A stretch of 64,000 bases of DNA from an uncultured delta proteobacterium (GCA_963769935.1 CAVYNY010000009.1:192001-256000), one strand, 5' to 3'; shown: positions 49,504 through 60,180, counted from the first letter of the stretch. Made by a program: numbers and translations. The notes: generated by a model from the letters alone, not told the origin.

Positions 49504-49849
49504 TTAGATAACGGCCAATGGAACACACAGGCAGCCGACAACCATCAGGGCAATCCAGTCCTGTTTGCCGCCAGCCAGTTCGGGATCCGTATGGTTTTCT
49601 GTAAACCCTCTGGCTGCCAAGGCAATGACTAGATCATCTGCGCACTCAAACGTTCGGCGCATCAAGGGAAAGCCGAATTTGATCAATCGATAAACGGGGT
49701 TTTTTCGGTTTTCAACCGCCCGGGCCTTCAAGGCGGCCGAGGCCCCCCATCCCGCCGGCAAAAACCGGCAATCCGCACGCTCCGGCCGCCATCAAGGCCG
49801 CCAGCAGCGAAGCAAAAACGATCATGCGCAGTTGGTTGCTATCTTTCAT
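49504..49849 (-). pseudogene. bioY: Collapsed biotin ECF transporter: bioY 5' fragments joined to an EcfT/BioN 3' fragment
   Basis: ATGA overlap with the birA stop; MKDSNQLRMIVFASLLAALMAAGA|CGLPVFAGGMGGLGRL, stop at 49712; another frame gives KARAVENRKNP..ADDLVIALAARGF (EcfT motifs). Confidence 0.8.
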
Positions 49850-50766
49850 ACTAAAAAACAATCTCCATAAATAATTTTTTTCCGGTCGCCATTCGCAAGT
49901 TCCAACACCAGCGCCCCGTTTTCATCCACGTCCACCGCCGTCCCTTCGGTTTCCTCGCGCTGGGTAACTATTCTTACACGGCGCCCCAGGGTAACGGCAT
50001 ATTTTTTCCATTCCGTGACGACGTTCTCCAAATCGGCGCTGCGCGTACGATGACCGAATTCTTCCAGAAAGCCGGCCAGCAGATCTTTTTTGGACAGCTC
50101 CCGGCCCGCGATCTTTTTCAAAGATGACGCTCCCGGCTCCGCGCCTGACGGATTGTTGTTGACGTTGATCCCCATTCCGATGTTGATGAAAAAAACCCGG
50201 TCGGCTTCGGCCTCCAGTTCCGAGAGCATTCCCGAGATTTTATGTTCCGCCACCAGAATGTCGTTGGGCCACTTCACCATGGCCTCAATCTGAAGCATCT
50301 GACGAATTACCCGGGCAAGCGTCAGGGAGGCCAGAAAATTCATCCTGAAACTCAACTGCACCGGAATTTGCGGCCGCATCACCATCGTGAAATACAGGCC
50401 GCCGTCATCCGACAGCCAGCGCCGCGTCAGCCGGCCCCGGCCCCGGGTCTGGCGCCCGGCGATCACTACCGTAAAATCCGGGCAGTTCCGGCGTGCCAGA
50501 TCTCTGGCGGTGTCCATGGTCGAGGTGACTTCCGGAAAATACAGGATATTGGCGGTCCGGCCCTGATACTCCCAGGGAAAAAGGATATCCGGCGCGCTGA
50601 GAAGCCGATACCCACCGGAAGTGGGGCATATTTCATAGCCGAGCGCCTGCAGCTTGCGGATGTGTTTCCAGACGGAAACCCGGGAAACGCCTAAAGCGGC
50701 ACTGAGCGCTTCGCCGGATACGACTTCATTCCGTGACCGCAGTATGTCGAGGATCTGTGCTTTCAT
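49846..50766 (-). CDS. birA: Bifunctional biotin ligase/repressor
   Basis: HTH SGEALSAALGVSRVSVWKHI, QTRGRGR, VKWPND, KISGML. Confidence 0.95.
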   Translation of the reverse strand: MKAQILDILRSRNEVVSGEALSAALGVSRVSVWKHIRKLQALGYEICPTSGGYRLLSAPDILFPWEYQGRTANILYFPEVTSTMDTARDLARRNCPDFTVVIAGRQTRGRGRLTRRWLSDDGGLYFTMVMRPQIPVQLSFRMNFLASLTLARVIRQMLQIEAMVKWPNDILVAEHKISGMLSELEAEADRVFFINIGMGINVNNNPSGAEPGASSLKKIAGRELSKKDLLAGFLEEFGHRTRSADLENVVTEWKKYAVTLGRRVRIVTQREETEGTAVDVDENGALVLELANGDRKKIIYGDCFLV

Positions 50767-50842
50767 GGTTGCAATGGTTTTGTTTTGTTAACCTCAAAAG
50801 AGGTAGAGGGTAACGACATGTTTATAAAAAGTCAAGGAGGAA

Positions 50843-51128
50843 CGGTAGGAAGGTGAGAAGGTAAGAGGGTAGGAGGGTAAGAAGATGGGAAGATTAGAAG
50901 ATCAGAAGCTGAAAAGCTTCGAAGTGGATTTGGGCAGTTTTTCGCTATTCCGGCTTCCACAAACCAATAACCAATAACTGAGCCCTACCCCGTCCTATGA
51001 CCTATAGACCATGGACTATAAGCTATCAACTATCAGCTATCAGCTATCAGCTATGAGCAATGAGCTATCAGCTTTTTTATCTAATACTCACCATCCGTCC
51101 CCCTACCCTTTGCCCTATGCCCTATACG
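50843..51128. repeat. Stacked tandem tracts (GAAGGTAn, GAAGATnn, ACCAATA, GCTATCA, CCCTATG)
   Basis: For example AGCTATCAACTATCAGCTATCAGCTATCAGCTATGAGC. Confidence 0.88.
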
Positions 51129-51129
51129 C

Positions 51130-52716
51130 TCAGCCCCCTGCCCTGTAAACCACCTCGCCGTGCACCACCGTCATCTCCGTTTCGACGGTCGGCCACTGCT
51201 CAGGGGCAAGATCAAAAAGGTCGCGGTTGAGCACGGTAAGATCCGCCCATTTACCCGGGGTTATTGAACCCAGACGATTCTCACAACGGGAATTCCAGGC
51301 CGCCCCGGCCGTAAAACCGGTGATGCTCTCGGCAAGCGACATCTGCTGTTCGGGAAACCATCCGCCGACCGGTTCACCTCTCAGCGTTTGACGCGTGACC
51401 GCTGCGTGGAGGCCATAAATTGGATTAATGGGTTCTACGGGCGCATCTGAGCCGAATTGAACCCGCAGACCGGCTTCAAGCAAAGATTTCCAGGCATAAG
51501 CATAGCGGCATCTTCGCGGTCCCCAGCGTTTATCGGCCGGCTTCCAGTCGGTCGGAATAAATACCGGCTGCACCGATGCCGCCACGGCCAATTCTTGAAA
51601 AAGAGACAAATCTTGGGGCCGATAGAGCTGCACATGCTCCAGGCGGTCGCGGTGATCACCCGGATATTTTTTTCGCACAGCGGCGATGCTTTCCAGTGCA
51701 TTGGTCACGGCAAGATCACCGATGGCATGAATCGCCACATCACATCCGCGGCTGTAGGCCAGCCGGATATTATCCTCCAGATTATTTTTCTCCAGACAGG
51801 CGATACCGCACGTAGCGGGATCGTCTAAATAGGGTTCGTGCAGCAAGGCCGTTCCTGCACCCAGGGAGCCGTCGGCAAAAAGTTTTACATGGCGAAACCA
51901 GAGCCGCTCGCTGCCTGATCCGGCCTTGATTCCGCGCGCCGCTGCCTCCTCCAGATCATCGGGCGGCAGCAGATGGTAGACCCGCAGTTTTAATTTTCCC
52001 TCCGCTTCAAGGGCCGCGAGGGCCTCCCATTCTCTCAGCGTTTCACAGGTATGTACGCCGGTAATCCCGCATTTGAGGGCGGCCGCCTGGGCGGCCAGCG
52101 CCCATTGTTTGCGCTGTTCCAGGGAGGGTGTCGGTATATAGGCTTCAATGAGCTTGCGGGCCTCGCGCAGCATTCCGGTGGGTTCGCCGTCGGTGGGATC
52201 TTTGTCGATCCGGCCGCCGGTCGGATTGGGCGTGTCGCGATGAATACCGGCCTGCTCGAGAGCCCGGGTGTTGAGCCATATGCTGTGCCCGCAGGCGCGA
52301 ATCATCATCGCCGGATTGTCGGGCAGGATATCATCCAGATCGTGCCGGCTGGGTTCACGCCCCTCCTGCCAGTTATGATGGTTCCAGCCGCGGCCCAGAA
52401 TCCACTCCCCGGGCTTGCTCAGCGCCGCGGCTTTCTGAATGAGGCGCCGGGCTTCCGCCAGCGATGTGATGTTGCGCAGATCCGTCATATGAAATGATCG
52501 ACCCAGACTGACAAAGTGGCAATGGGCATCCACCAGGCCGGGTGTCACCAGCCTTCCCGGCAATTCCAGAATCTCGGTGTCAGCCCCGCAGACTTTTTTG
52601 ACTTCTGCATTGCTTCCGACATGCGTAATGCGTTCATCGGTTATTTTAACGGCCTCCGCCCATGGCTGGGCCGGATTTCCTGTGAAAATGCGTGCTGAAA
52701 ATAAAGCAAAATCCAT
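51130..52716 (-). CDS. YtcJ-like metal-dependent amidohydrolase
   Basis: PGLVDAHCH, KLFADGSLG, HAIGD, RLEHVQ, FGSDAPVE; AAAGGA RBS before ATG 52716. Confidence 0.92.
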   Translation of the reverse strand: MDFALFSARIFTGNPAQPWAEAVKITDERITHVGSNAEVKKVCGADTEILELPGRLVTPGLVDAHCHFVSLGRSFHMTDLRNITSLAEARRLIQKAAALSKPGEWILGRGWNHHNWQEGREPSRHDLDDILPDNPAMMIRACGHSIWLNTRALEQAGIHRDTPNPTGGRIDKDPTDGEPTGMLREARKLIEAYIPTPSLEQRKQWALAAQAAALKCGITGVHTCETLREWEALAALEAEGKLKLRVYHLLPPDDLEEAAARGIKAGSGSERLWFRHVKLFADGSLGAGTALLHEPYLDDPATCGIACLEKNNLEDNIRLAYSRGCDVAIHAIGDLAVTNALESIAAVRKKYPGDHRDRLEHVQLYRPQDLSLFQELAVAASVQPVFIPTDWKPADKRWGPRRCRYAYAWKSLLEAGLRVQFGSDAPVEPINPIYGLHAAVTRQTLRGEPVGGWFPEQQMSLAESITGFTAGAAWNSRCENRLGSITPGKWADLTVLNRDLFDLAPEQWPTVETEMTVVHGEVVYRAGG

Positions 52717-52787
52717 ACATGAGTCCTTTCTGCAATAATGTCTTCCCTTCAGTAAGTATCGTCTATCCGTTATCAGCATATCGATCA

Positions 52788-53627
52788 TTATGATTGTCGG
52801 GTTGTATGGGGATCCAGTATATCCCGCAGACCGTCTCCAAGGAGATTGAGGCCTAGCACGGTTACAAAGATGGCGATTCCCGGAAAGATGGAAATCCAGG
52901 GCGCGGTGAAAAGCTGCTCCCGGGCGGCCGACAGCATGCCGCCCCAGGACGGGGTCGGCGGCTGGACGCCCAGCCCCAGAAAGGAAAGTGATGCTTCCAG
53001 CAGGATGGCTCCGGCAACCCCCAGGGTTGCGATGACCAGGATGGGGCCGACAATGTTGGGCAGAATTTGGGTGAACATCATGCGGGTTTTACCATAACCC
53101 AATGCCCGCGCGGCTTTGACATAGTCCAGCGTCCGGACCGAAAGGGCCTGCGATCGCGTGATGCGGCAGGTGTAGGACCAGTTGGTAAAACCCAGCGCTA
53201 CAAAAACATTGAGCAGACCGGGCCCCAGCAGGGCCATTACCGCCAGCGCAAAAATCAGCGAAGGAATCGACAGCATCACATTGGTCAGGCCCACCACAAA
53301 ATCGTCCCACCATTTGCCGAAAAATCCGGCCGACAGCCCTAAAATCACGCCGATCATCGTGTTAAACCCCTGGCTGATCAATCCCACCGACAGGGAGATG
53401 CGGGCGCCGTAAATGACCCTGGACAATATATCGCGTCCCTGGTTGTCGGTGCCGAACCAGAAAGTTGCATTGGGCGGTTCGTCGGACACCATCAGATCGG
53501 CATCGTCGACGGGATGGTAAGGCGCGAGAAAGGGAGCAGCAACAGCGACAAAGATTACAAACAGGGTAATGATGCCGCCGACGATAAGATTGGTCTGTCG
53601 CAGTAATTTTTTGGTGCTTGTATTCAT
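52788..53627 (-). CDS. Peptide/nickel-type ABC permease (DppC-like)
   Basis: FGTDNQGRDILSR, YVKAARALG, LSFLGLG, GDGLRD. Confidence 0.93.
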   Translation of the reverse strand: MNTSTKKLLRQTNLIVGGIITLFVIFVAVAAPFLAPYHPVDDADLMVSDEPPNATFWFGTDNQGRDILSRVIYGARISLSVGLISQGFNTMIGVILGLSAGFFGKWWDDFVVGLTNVMLSIPSLIFALAVMALLGPGLLNVFVALGFTNWSYTCRITRSQALSVRTLDYVKAARALGYGKTRMMFTQILPNIVGPILVIATLGVAGAILLEASLSFLGLGVQPPTPSWGGMLSAAREQLFTAPWISIFPGIAIFVTVLGLNLLGDGLRDILDPHTTRQS

Positions 53628-54565
53628 TTGTAAGACGCGCGAATCCTGGGATCGATAAATCCGTACAACAAATCCACAATCAGGTTAACGAGAAGAAACA
53701 CCATGATAATTATCAGAATACATCCCTGGGTCACCGGGATGTCCCGCTGAAAAATGGAATCAACTACGAGCGAACCCAGTCCCGGCCAGGAAAACAGCTT
53801 TTCTACAATTACCGTCTGGGCCATCAGGGCGCCGAATTGCATGCCGGCGGTGGTCAACACGAGAATCAGAGCGTTGCGGAAAACATGCCTGCGGTTGACC
53901 AGCAGTTCGGAAAGGCCTTTGGCACGCGCGGTACGGATGTAGTCGGTGGTCAGAATCTCGACCACCGCCGCCCTGGTGGTGCGCGCCAGCAGCGCCATGT
54001 AGGCAACTCCCAATGTAAATCCCGGCAAAATGATATTGCGGATCGAACCGTCGCCGTACCCCATGGGAGGCAGAAGCCGCAGTTTGACCGCGACAAAATA
54101 CATCAGCAAGAGACCCAACCAGAACTGGGGAATGGAAACCCCCGATACAGCGCCCATCATGCTGAAGGTGTCCGGCCATCGCCCCTGGCGAAGGGCCGAA
54201 TAGAATCCCAGCGGAATGCCGAGCACCAGCGCAATGCCCATGGCCACCAGCGCCAGTTTGAGCGTCGGCCATAATCGTTCCATAATCAGATGGCCGACCG
54301 GCTCGCGCCGCAGAAAAGAAAGTCCCAAATCACCGGTGGCAAGGTCCTTGACGTAAATCAGGAATCGCTGCCAGACCGGTTTGTCCAGGCCCCAGTCCTT
54401 CTTCATTTGTTCGATGTAATGCGCATCGACGTTGTGGTCCTGCTCCCCGGCCGCCATCAAGGCGGCATTTCCGGGCAGGACGTTGAGCAGCAGAAAAATA
54501 ATCAGGGTCACAGCCAGAACGGTTGGAATGAACTGAAGTATGCGCCGGACGGCATAGGCGAACAT
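53624..54565 (-). CDS. Peptide/nickel-type ABC permease (DppB-like)
   Basis: GDLGLS, DYIRTARAKGL, EKLFSWPGLG, DPRI. Confidence 0.93.
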   Translation of the reverse strand: MFAYAVRRILQFIPTVLAVTLIIFLLLNVLPGNAALMAAGEQDHNVDAHYIEQMKKDWGLDKPVWQRFLIYVKDLATGDLGLSFLRREPVGHLIMERLWPTLKLALVAMGIALVLGIPLGFYSALRQGRWPDTFSMMGAVSGVSIPQFWLGLLLMYFVAVKLRLLPPMGYGDGSIRNIILPGFTLGVAYMALLARTTRAAVVEILTTDYIRTARAKGLSELLVNRRHVFRNALILVLTTAGMQFGALMAQTVIVEKLFSWPGLGSLVVDSIFQRDIPVTQGCILIIIMVFLLVNLIVDLLYGFIDPRIRASYK

Positions 54566-54705
54566 TGGCTTTCCTTATCCGGAATTTGGTTCTAGTTTAG
54601 GTCCTCAGGGCACATTTCCCGGCAACATGTTGGCTGAAAAAGAAGGTTTCAGGTGTCAGTGTTCAGGTTTCAGGATTTAGTCATTAATTTGCTGACACCC
54701 GAAAC

Positions 54706-54960
54706 CTGACACCTCATATGAAACTACATCTCACACAGAGCGCTCAGAGATCACAGAGGTCTGGGTTTACAGGCGCCTGCGGCGAAAGAAAAATGTTCTC
54801 TGCGGTCTCTGTGAGCTCTAACGGCTTGTCGGGTCGTAGCTCGAAGAGCGAAGCCTGAAAGTGGGCGTGATATTAAATCCAACTGTGTCCGATTTCCAAA
54901 AGTTTCTTTTATGATCAGACCGGCCGTTGGTTTGGCCGGCGGCGGGGCTGACACCTGAAA
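54706..54960. repeat. Composite MITE-like dispersed repeat, type 1, copy D
   Basis: Reverse complement of 2267-2513; preceded by an AGGTTTCAGGTGTCAG / CTGACACCCGAAACCT hairpin. Confidence 0.9.
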
Positions 54961-55095
54961 TTCGTGTCTCCACATCGCCAACGCTTTGGCCGCCAAGCAG
55001 AGCCGGCTTTTGCCAGGCAAAACCTCAGAAAAAGCGTATCTCCCTGTCTGGAAAAACGGGGGAACGACTTGTACCATTCCCCCGTATATCAATAC

Positions 55096-56698
55096 CTATT
55101 TCATATTGGCCCGCGGGGAGCTATCGTCCACCCAGACGTTGGTCATATCCTGAAACATCATTTCCGGGGCAACCGGGGCCAGGCCGTGCACCCATGGCTG
55201 ATAGGCCATAACTGCTTTGTTGTAGTTAAAAAACCACACCGGCGCATCCTCGACAAAGATCTCCTCGGCTTTCTGGATATCTTTGATTTTTTCGGCCTTG
55301 TCGCGGGTCGCGGCCGCCATATCCATATATTTGTCATATTCGGGGTTGTTGTACTTGACATAGTTGCCGGCCTCCGGCGGGTTGTCCGACTTCCAGCGCG
55401 TCATCACCACCAGGGGGTCCGGACCCGAATCCAAAGACCAGATAAACATCTGGTAGTCCATCTGGCGGATGCGTTCAGCCATGGCCGCCCCTTCCATTTG
55501 CTGGATCTTAAGCTCGATCCCGATCTTCTTCAGATAAGGCATCGCCGCTTCATAAATCCCCGTGCCCCAGGATTTGTTGGCCGTACCGATGGCCTGCTCC
55601 ACTACGAAGCCTTTCTCGTAGCCGGCCTCTTTCATAAGCTCTTTGGCCTTTTTCAGGGTTGAATTCGTACTTCTTGATTTGGGGATTGAAGGCCGGCGAT
55701 GTGGTCGGCAAATAGCCCCGGGCCGGATAGGCCTTGCCCTTGAGGACCTTCTCGATGATCAGGTCGGCCGGGATGGCATAGTTGATGGCCTGGCGCACCC
55801 GTTTGTCGCTTAAGGGTTTGAAATCCGGGTTGAAACCGACCAGCCGCGTGAACATCTCGGCTACTTCGATGAGATTTTTGGAGATAACCGGGTCGGCTTT
55901 ATATTCGGGGTAATTTACCGCTCCGACGATGGTGTTATCCAATTCTTTGGCCTTGAAAGCCAGATCGCGGGGCGCTGCTTCGCCCATGATTTTGAAGACC
56001 ACTTTATCCAGATATGGCCGGCCCTGCTCATAAAATTCGGGGAACTTTTCCAATACGACTTCGGAACCCTTGACCCACTTGACGAATTTAAATGGTCCGC
56101 AGCCTACCGGATTGGTGCCGAAAGCGTCGCCCAGACGTTCCACCTCTTCTTTAGGCACAATCGCCGTATCCGGCAGCCAGAGGGAAAACTTGATATCCAC
56201 CGGATTTGCCAGGGTCATCTCGAAAGTAAGGTCGTCGATTTTTTTCAGACCGGAGATGGTCTCGGCCTTGCCGTCGACAACTTCTTGGACCCCTTTAATG
56301 AACCTGACGTGCTCCAGCGCGGGCGACGTTGGTTTCATGCCGGCGATCCGGTTGTAGGAATAGATGACATCGTCCGCCGTCAATTGGCGGCCGTTGTGAA
56401 ATTTAATATTGGGCCGCAGTTTGAAACTGTAGACCAGGCCGTCGTCCGAAAGCGACACGCTTTCGGCCAGATCCGGCACCGGCTCATTTTTCTGGGCATT
56501 CCATTTATACAGGGTGCGATGGATATTCATTCCCACAAGCCAATCCTGGTAGCGGCTTGATTTGTGAAGATCGAGGGTATAAAGATCGCCGCCGTATGGC
56601 GCCATGGTATTCAACGTGCCCCCGCTTCTGGCGGCAAAAGCCGAAGAAGCCGTCAATCCAAACAATAAAACCAGTGTCAAGACCAAAATTTTTCGCAT
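55096..56698 (-). pseudogene. Family 5 (DppA-like) substrate-binding protein split by a +1 frameshift (real or sequencing error)
   Basis: AAGGAGG RBS before ATG 56698. Removing one T from the run at 55649-55653 restores NPEKAKELMKEAGY and joins ORFs 55550-56770 and 55096-55635. Confidence 0.85.
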
Positions 56699-56849
56699 AG
56701 ATCCTCCTTTGTTTGTGTTATAGCTCCAATGATAAAAATATCGCACACACAATTCCACAGCCGATTCCACATGTCAATATAGAAATGAGGTGCACGCTGG
56801 GAAGCCAGGGCGCTGACGCGCCAGATCGCAGCTGGTAACTCATCGTTTA

Positions 56850-57355
56850 TAGGTAAAAGGATAAAGGCTGGAAGGATGGGAAGCTGAGACGCCAGCTCAT
56901 AGACTCAAGCTGATAGGTAAAAGGAGAAAGGCTGGGAGGGTCTGAGGGTAGGAGGGTAAGAAACTGGGAAGAATAAAAGAGCAGAAGATCAGATAATCAG
57001 AAAATCAGAGGGATAGGAGGATACGTCGCTGCCAGGTCAGCTTCCCGTCTTTCCAGCCTTGTCCTTTAGCCTTTTTCCTTTGTCCTTTATCCTTTTCCCT
57101 TTTCCCTTTATTCTTTCGCCTTCAACTAATAACCAGTTTTTAAGACCGTCTTTTGAGCTTGACAATGCAGGTGCGATATGGGCAATTACAGCAACAATCG
57201 AAAGCCATTATTCGATATTCCGGGGTCTTGTGGCTATGAACGATGAGCTATCAGCTATGAACTTTCAGCCGGAAACTATGAACTATCAGCTATGAGCTAT
57301 GAGCTCTTGTCCTGAAACCTTTAGCCTTTGACCTTTAACCTTTAACCTATAGCCT
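56850..57355. repeat. Large symmetric cluster of tandem tracts in a divergent intergenic region
   Basis: Left side: AAGGATA, GCTGGRAG, TAGCTSA, GAGGGTAn and ATCAGA forms. Right side: complementary TTCCAGC, CCTTTnn and GCTATSA forms. Confidence 0.88.
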
Positions 57356-57366
57356 TTTTTACATCT

Positions 57367-58956
57367 ATGTTCGATATATTAATCAAAGATGCCACCATTG
57401 TCGACGGCACCGGCGCCAAGCCGTGGGTCGGGGATGTCGCAATTGAAGACGGCCGTTTCGCGGCTTTAGAAGGGCATATTCCCGGTGAAGCCCGCTGTAT
57501 GTTCCCGGCCCGGGGGATGGTGCTGGCGCCGGGCTTCATCGATATCCACTGCCATTCCGATCTGTCGGTTTTCGTCAACCCCGATGCCGAAATCAAACTC
57601 AGGCAGGGAGTGACCCTGGAGGTGCTGGGAAACTGCGGCAGCTCCCTGGCTCCGCTGGTAGCCGATTCGCGGGCTTTAGTCCAGGCGGAAAACATCTCGC
57701 AGATGAATTCCTGGGATCAGCCCCTGGACTGGTCATCGTACGGTGAGTATATCCGGGTACTCAAGAACAAAGGCATTGCCATAAATACCGTGGGGCTGGT
57801 GGGCCACGGCACGCTGCGGCTGGCGGCCATGGGCCACTCGGATAAAGCCCCCACCGATCCCGAGCAGATGGACCGCATGAAATCCCTGCTCGGCCGTTCG
57901 CTGGATGAAGGCGCGGCCGGCATGTCGACGGGCTTGATTTATGCACCCGGCTGTTTTGCAGACACACCGGAGTTGGTCGAACTGGCGAATGTGACGGGCA
58001 GCCGGGGCGGGTTTTATGCCTCCCATATCCGCAATGAGGCGGAAGGAATCATTGCCGCCCTGGATGAAATTATCCGGATCGGCCGGGAAGGCCGGGTCCC
58101 GGTGCACGTTTCGCATCTGAAAGTCGCCGGCACAAGAAACTGGCACCTGCGGGAGGCCGTGGTAAATAAACTGGAAGCCGCCCGCGCCGACGGGATCGAC
58201 ATCACCTGCGATGTCTATCCGTATTACCATTCCTGCACCACCATGCTGGCCCTGCTGCCGCCCTGGTCGCTGGAAGGCGGCATGGACGCCTTGATCCCAA
58301 GACTTCGCGACCCCGGTCAGCGGAAGCGGATCATAGAAGATATGAAAAGCGGAATCGCCGGATGGGAGAATATGGTCTACAATTCCGGCTGGGACAGAAT
58401 TGCGGTGTCATCGGTCCAAAACCGTGAAAACAAGGCAGCAGAAGGCCGCAGCATCGCCGGAATTGCCGCCGAGCGGCAGATGGATCCTTTTGACCTGGTT
58501 TTGGATCTTATCGAGGCTGAAAACGGGGCGGTATCCATCATCACCGAGTCCATGAACGAAGAAAACATGGTTCGCTTTTTAACCCTGCCTTTTGCCATGA
58601 TCGGCTCGGATGGATCTCCCAGCCGGGGCCGCCCGCACCCGCGCTTGTACGGCACATTTCCCCGCGTGATACGTCGGATTGTGCGGGAGTTGGGCGCGTT
58701 GTCGCTGGAAGCCGCCGTTCATAAAATGAGCGGGCTGACCGCCCGGCGCCTGGGACTTCAGGATGCCGGGATCATCCGGCGCGGTTTTAAAGCGGATGCC
58801 GTAATTTTCGACCCCTTGACATTTGGCGATACGGCAACTTATGATAACCCGCGAAATTTCCCCCGGGGGCTTCTGGCGACCATCGTCAACGGCAGCGTCG
58901 CCATCGACGGCGAAAACCATACCGGCGCCAAGGCCGGGGAGTTTTACAGGAGATGA
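57367..58956 (+). CDS. N-acyl-D-amino-acid deacylase (D-aminoacylase family)
   Basis: PGFIDIHCHSD, GNCG, STGLIYAPG, SHIRNE, HPRLYGTFPR. Confidence 0.92.
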   Translation: MFDILIKDATIVDGTGAKPWVGDVAIEDGRFAALEGHIPGEARCMFPARGMVLAPGFIDIHCHSDLSVFVNPDAEIKLRQGVTLEVLGNCGSSLAPLVADSRALVQAENISQMNSWDQPLDWSSYGEYIRVLKNKGIAINTVGLVGHGTLRLAAMGHSDKAPTDPEQMDRMKSLLGRSLDEGAAGMSTGLIYAPGCFADTPELVELANVTGSRGGFYASHIRNEAEGIIAALDEIIRIGREGRVPVHVSHLKVAGTRNWHLREAVVNKLEAARADGIDITCDVYPYYHSCTTMLALLPPWSLEGGMDALIPRLRDPGQRKRIIEDMKSGIAGWENMVYNSGWDRIAVSSVQNRENKAAEGRSIAGIAAERQMDPFDLVLDLIEAENGAVSIITESMNEENMVRFLTLPFAMIGSDGSPSRGRPHPRLYGTFPRVIRRIVRELGALSLEAAVHKMSGLTARRLGLQDAGIIRRGFKADAVIFDPLTFGDTATYDNPRNFPRGLLATIVNGSVAIDGENHTGAKAGEFYRR

Positions 58957-59023
58957 ATTCCCGTCTGCGATAACGGTAGAGGGGTAAAGCTGAAGCAACT
59001 GCTTAACTCGATTGGGGCACTTA

Positions 59024-59130
59024 TAAATCACAAATCCCAAGCACCAATGACCAATAACCAAAGCAGGTTTGGAATTTTGAATTTAGGCAATTGAAAATTG
59101 TTTGTTATTCGTGATTTGTTTTTGGAAATT
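59024..59130. repeat. Degenerate 7-mer inverted tracts (ACCAATn / TTGGAATT-type)
   Basis: AAATCACAAATCCCAAGCACCAATGACCAATAACCAAA followed by a loosely complementary T/G-rich tract. Confidence 0.6.
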
Positions 59131-59195
59131 ATAGTTCCTGCCATATTCGAACAACAACTGTCCCCATTTTATACACATAATTTGAGGAATCACTT

Positions 59196-60180
59196 TTGAA
59201 CGAAAAAAGGCATCTTCTCGACGTTCGGAATCTGAAGACGAGTTTTTATACATTCGAGGGCATCGCCCAAGCGGTGGATGGATGTCTCATTTTATCTGGA
59301 TGCGGGTGAAACCCTGGGACTGGTAGGCGAGTCCGGCTGCGGCAAAAGTGTAACGGCACTTTCCATTATGCGGCTCATCAAGGATCCGCCCGGCAGAATC
59401 GTGAACGGCAACATTTTCTTTGAAGGGTCGGATCTCGTTAAATTGTCGGAAAGCAAAATGCAGTCGATCCGGGGCGCCAGGATTTCAATGATCTTTCAGG
59501 AGCCCATGACATCGCTCAACCCGGTTTACACCATCGGCCATCAGATTGCTGAGATGTTCGGCATCCACCACCGACTCAATAAAAAACAAAGCCGTGAACG
59601 GGCCATCGAGACCCTCCGGCAGGTGCAAATGCCTTCTCCCGTAAAACGCGCCTCAGAATACCCGCACCAGCTCTCCGGCGGAATGCGCCAACGCGCCATG
59701 ATTGCCATGGCGATGGCCTGCAACCCGAAAATCCTCATTGCGGATGAGCCCACAACCGCCCTGGATGTAACGATTCAGGCCCAAATTCTCGATCTTATGC
59801 TGCGGTTAAAAGAGGATTTCGGCGCCGCCGTGCTCATCATCACTCACGATTTGGGGGTTGTCGCGGAAATCGCTCAACGAATTGTGGTCATGTATGCCGG
59901 CCGCATCGTTGAAGAAGGCACCACGCGGGACATCTTCGAAAACCCGATGCATCCCTACACCCGGGGCCTTCTGCGATCCGTGCCCAGAATGGGAGAACGA
60001 TCCCGCATGGGCCGCACACGGTTGCAGGAAATTTCAGGAATTGTGCCCAGCCTCTATGATTTGCCTCAGGGCTGCAGCTTCAACCCACGCTGCCGGCATG
60101 TCATGCCTATCTGCTGTGAAACCCCGCCGGAGTTTTTCGATCTGGGCGGCATCCACCGCATGCGGTGTTATTTGGGATGA
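59196..60180 (+). CDS. Peptide ABC ATPase (DppD-like) with a +1 frameshift near 59280
   Basis: GAGGA RBS, TTG 59196: [27 protein letters not shown], then one extra base before [23 protein letters not shown]. Confidence 0.88.

Noticed and set aside
55649..55653. Programmed frameshift or phase variation
   Set aside because: The run is only five bases, no stimulatory structure was seen, and similar indels occur nearby.
50843..57355. CRISPR array
   Set aside because: Repeats are 7-9-nt tandem units without unique spacers, and no cas genes are present.
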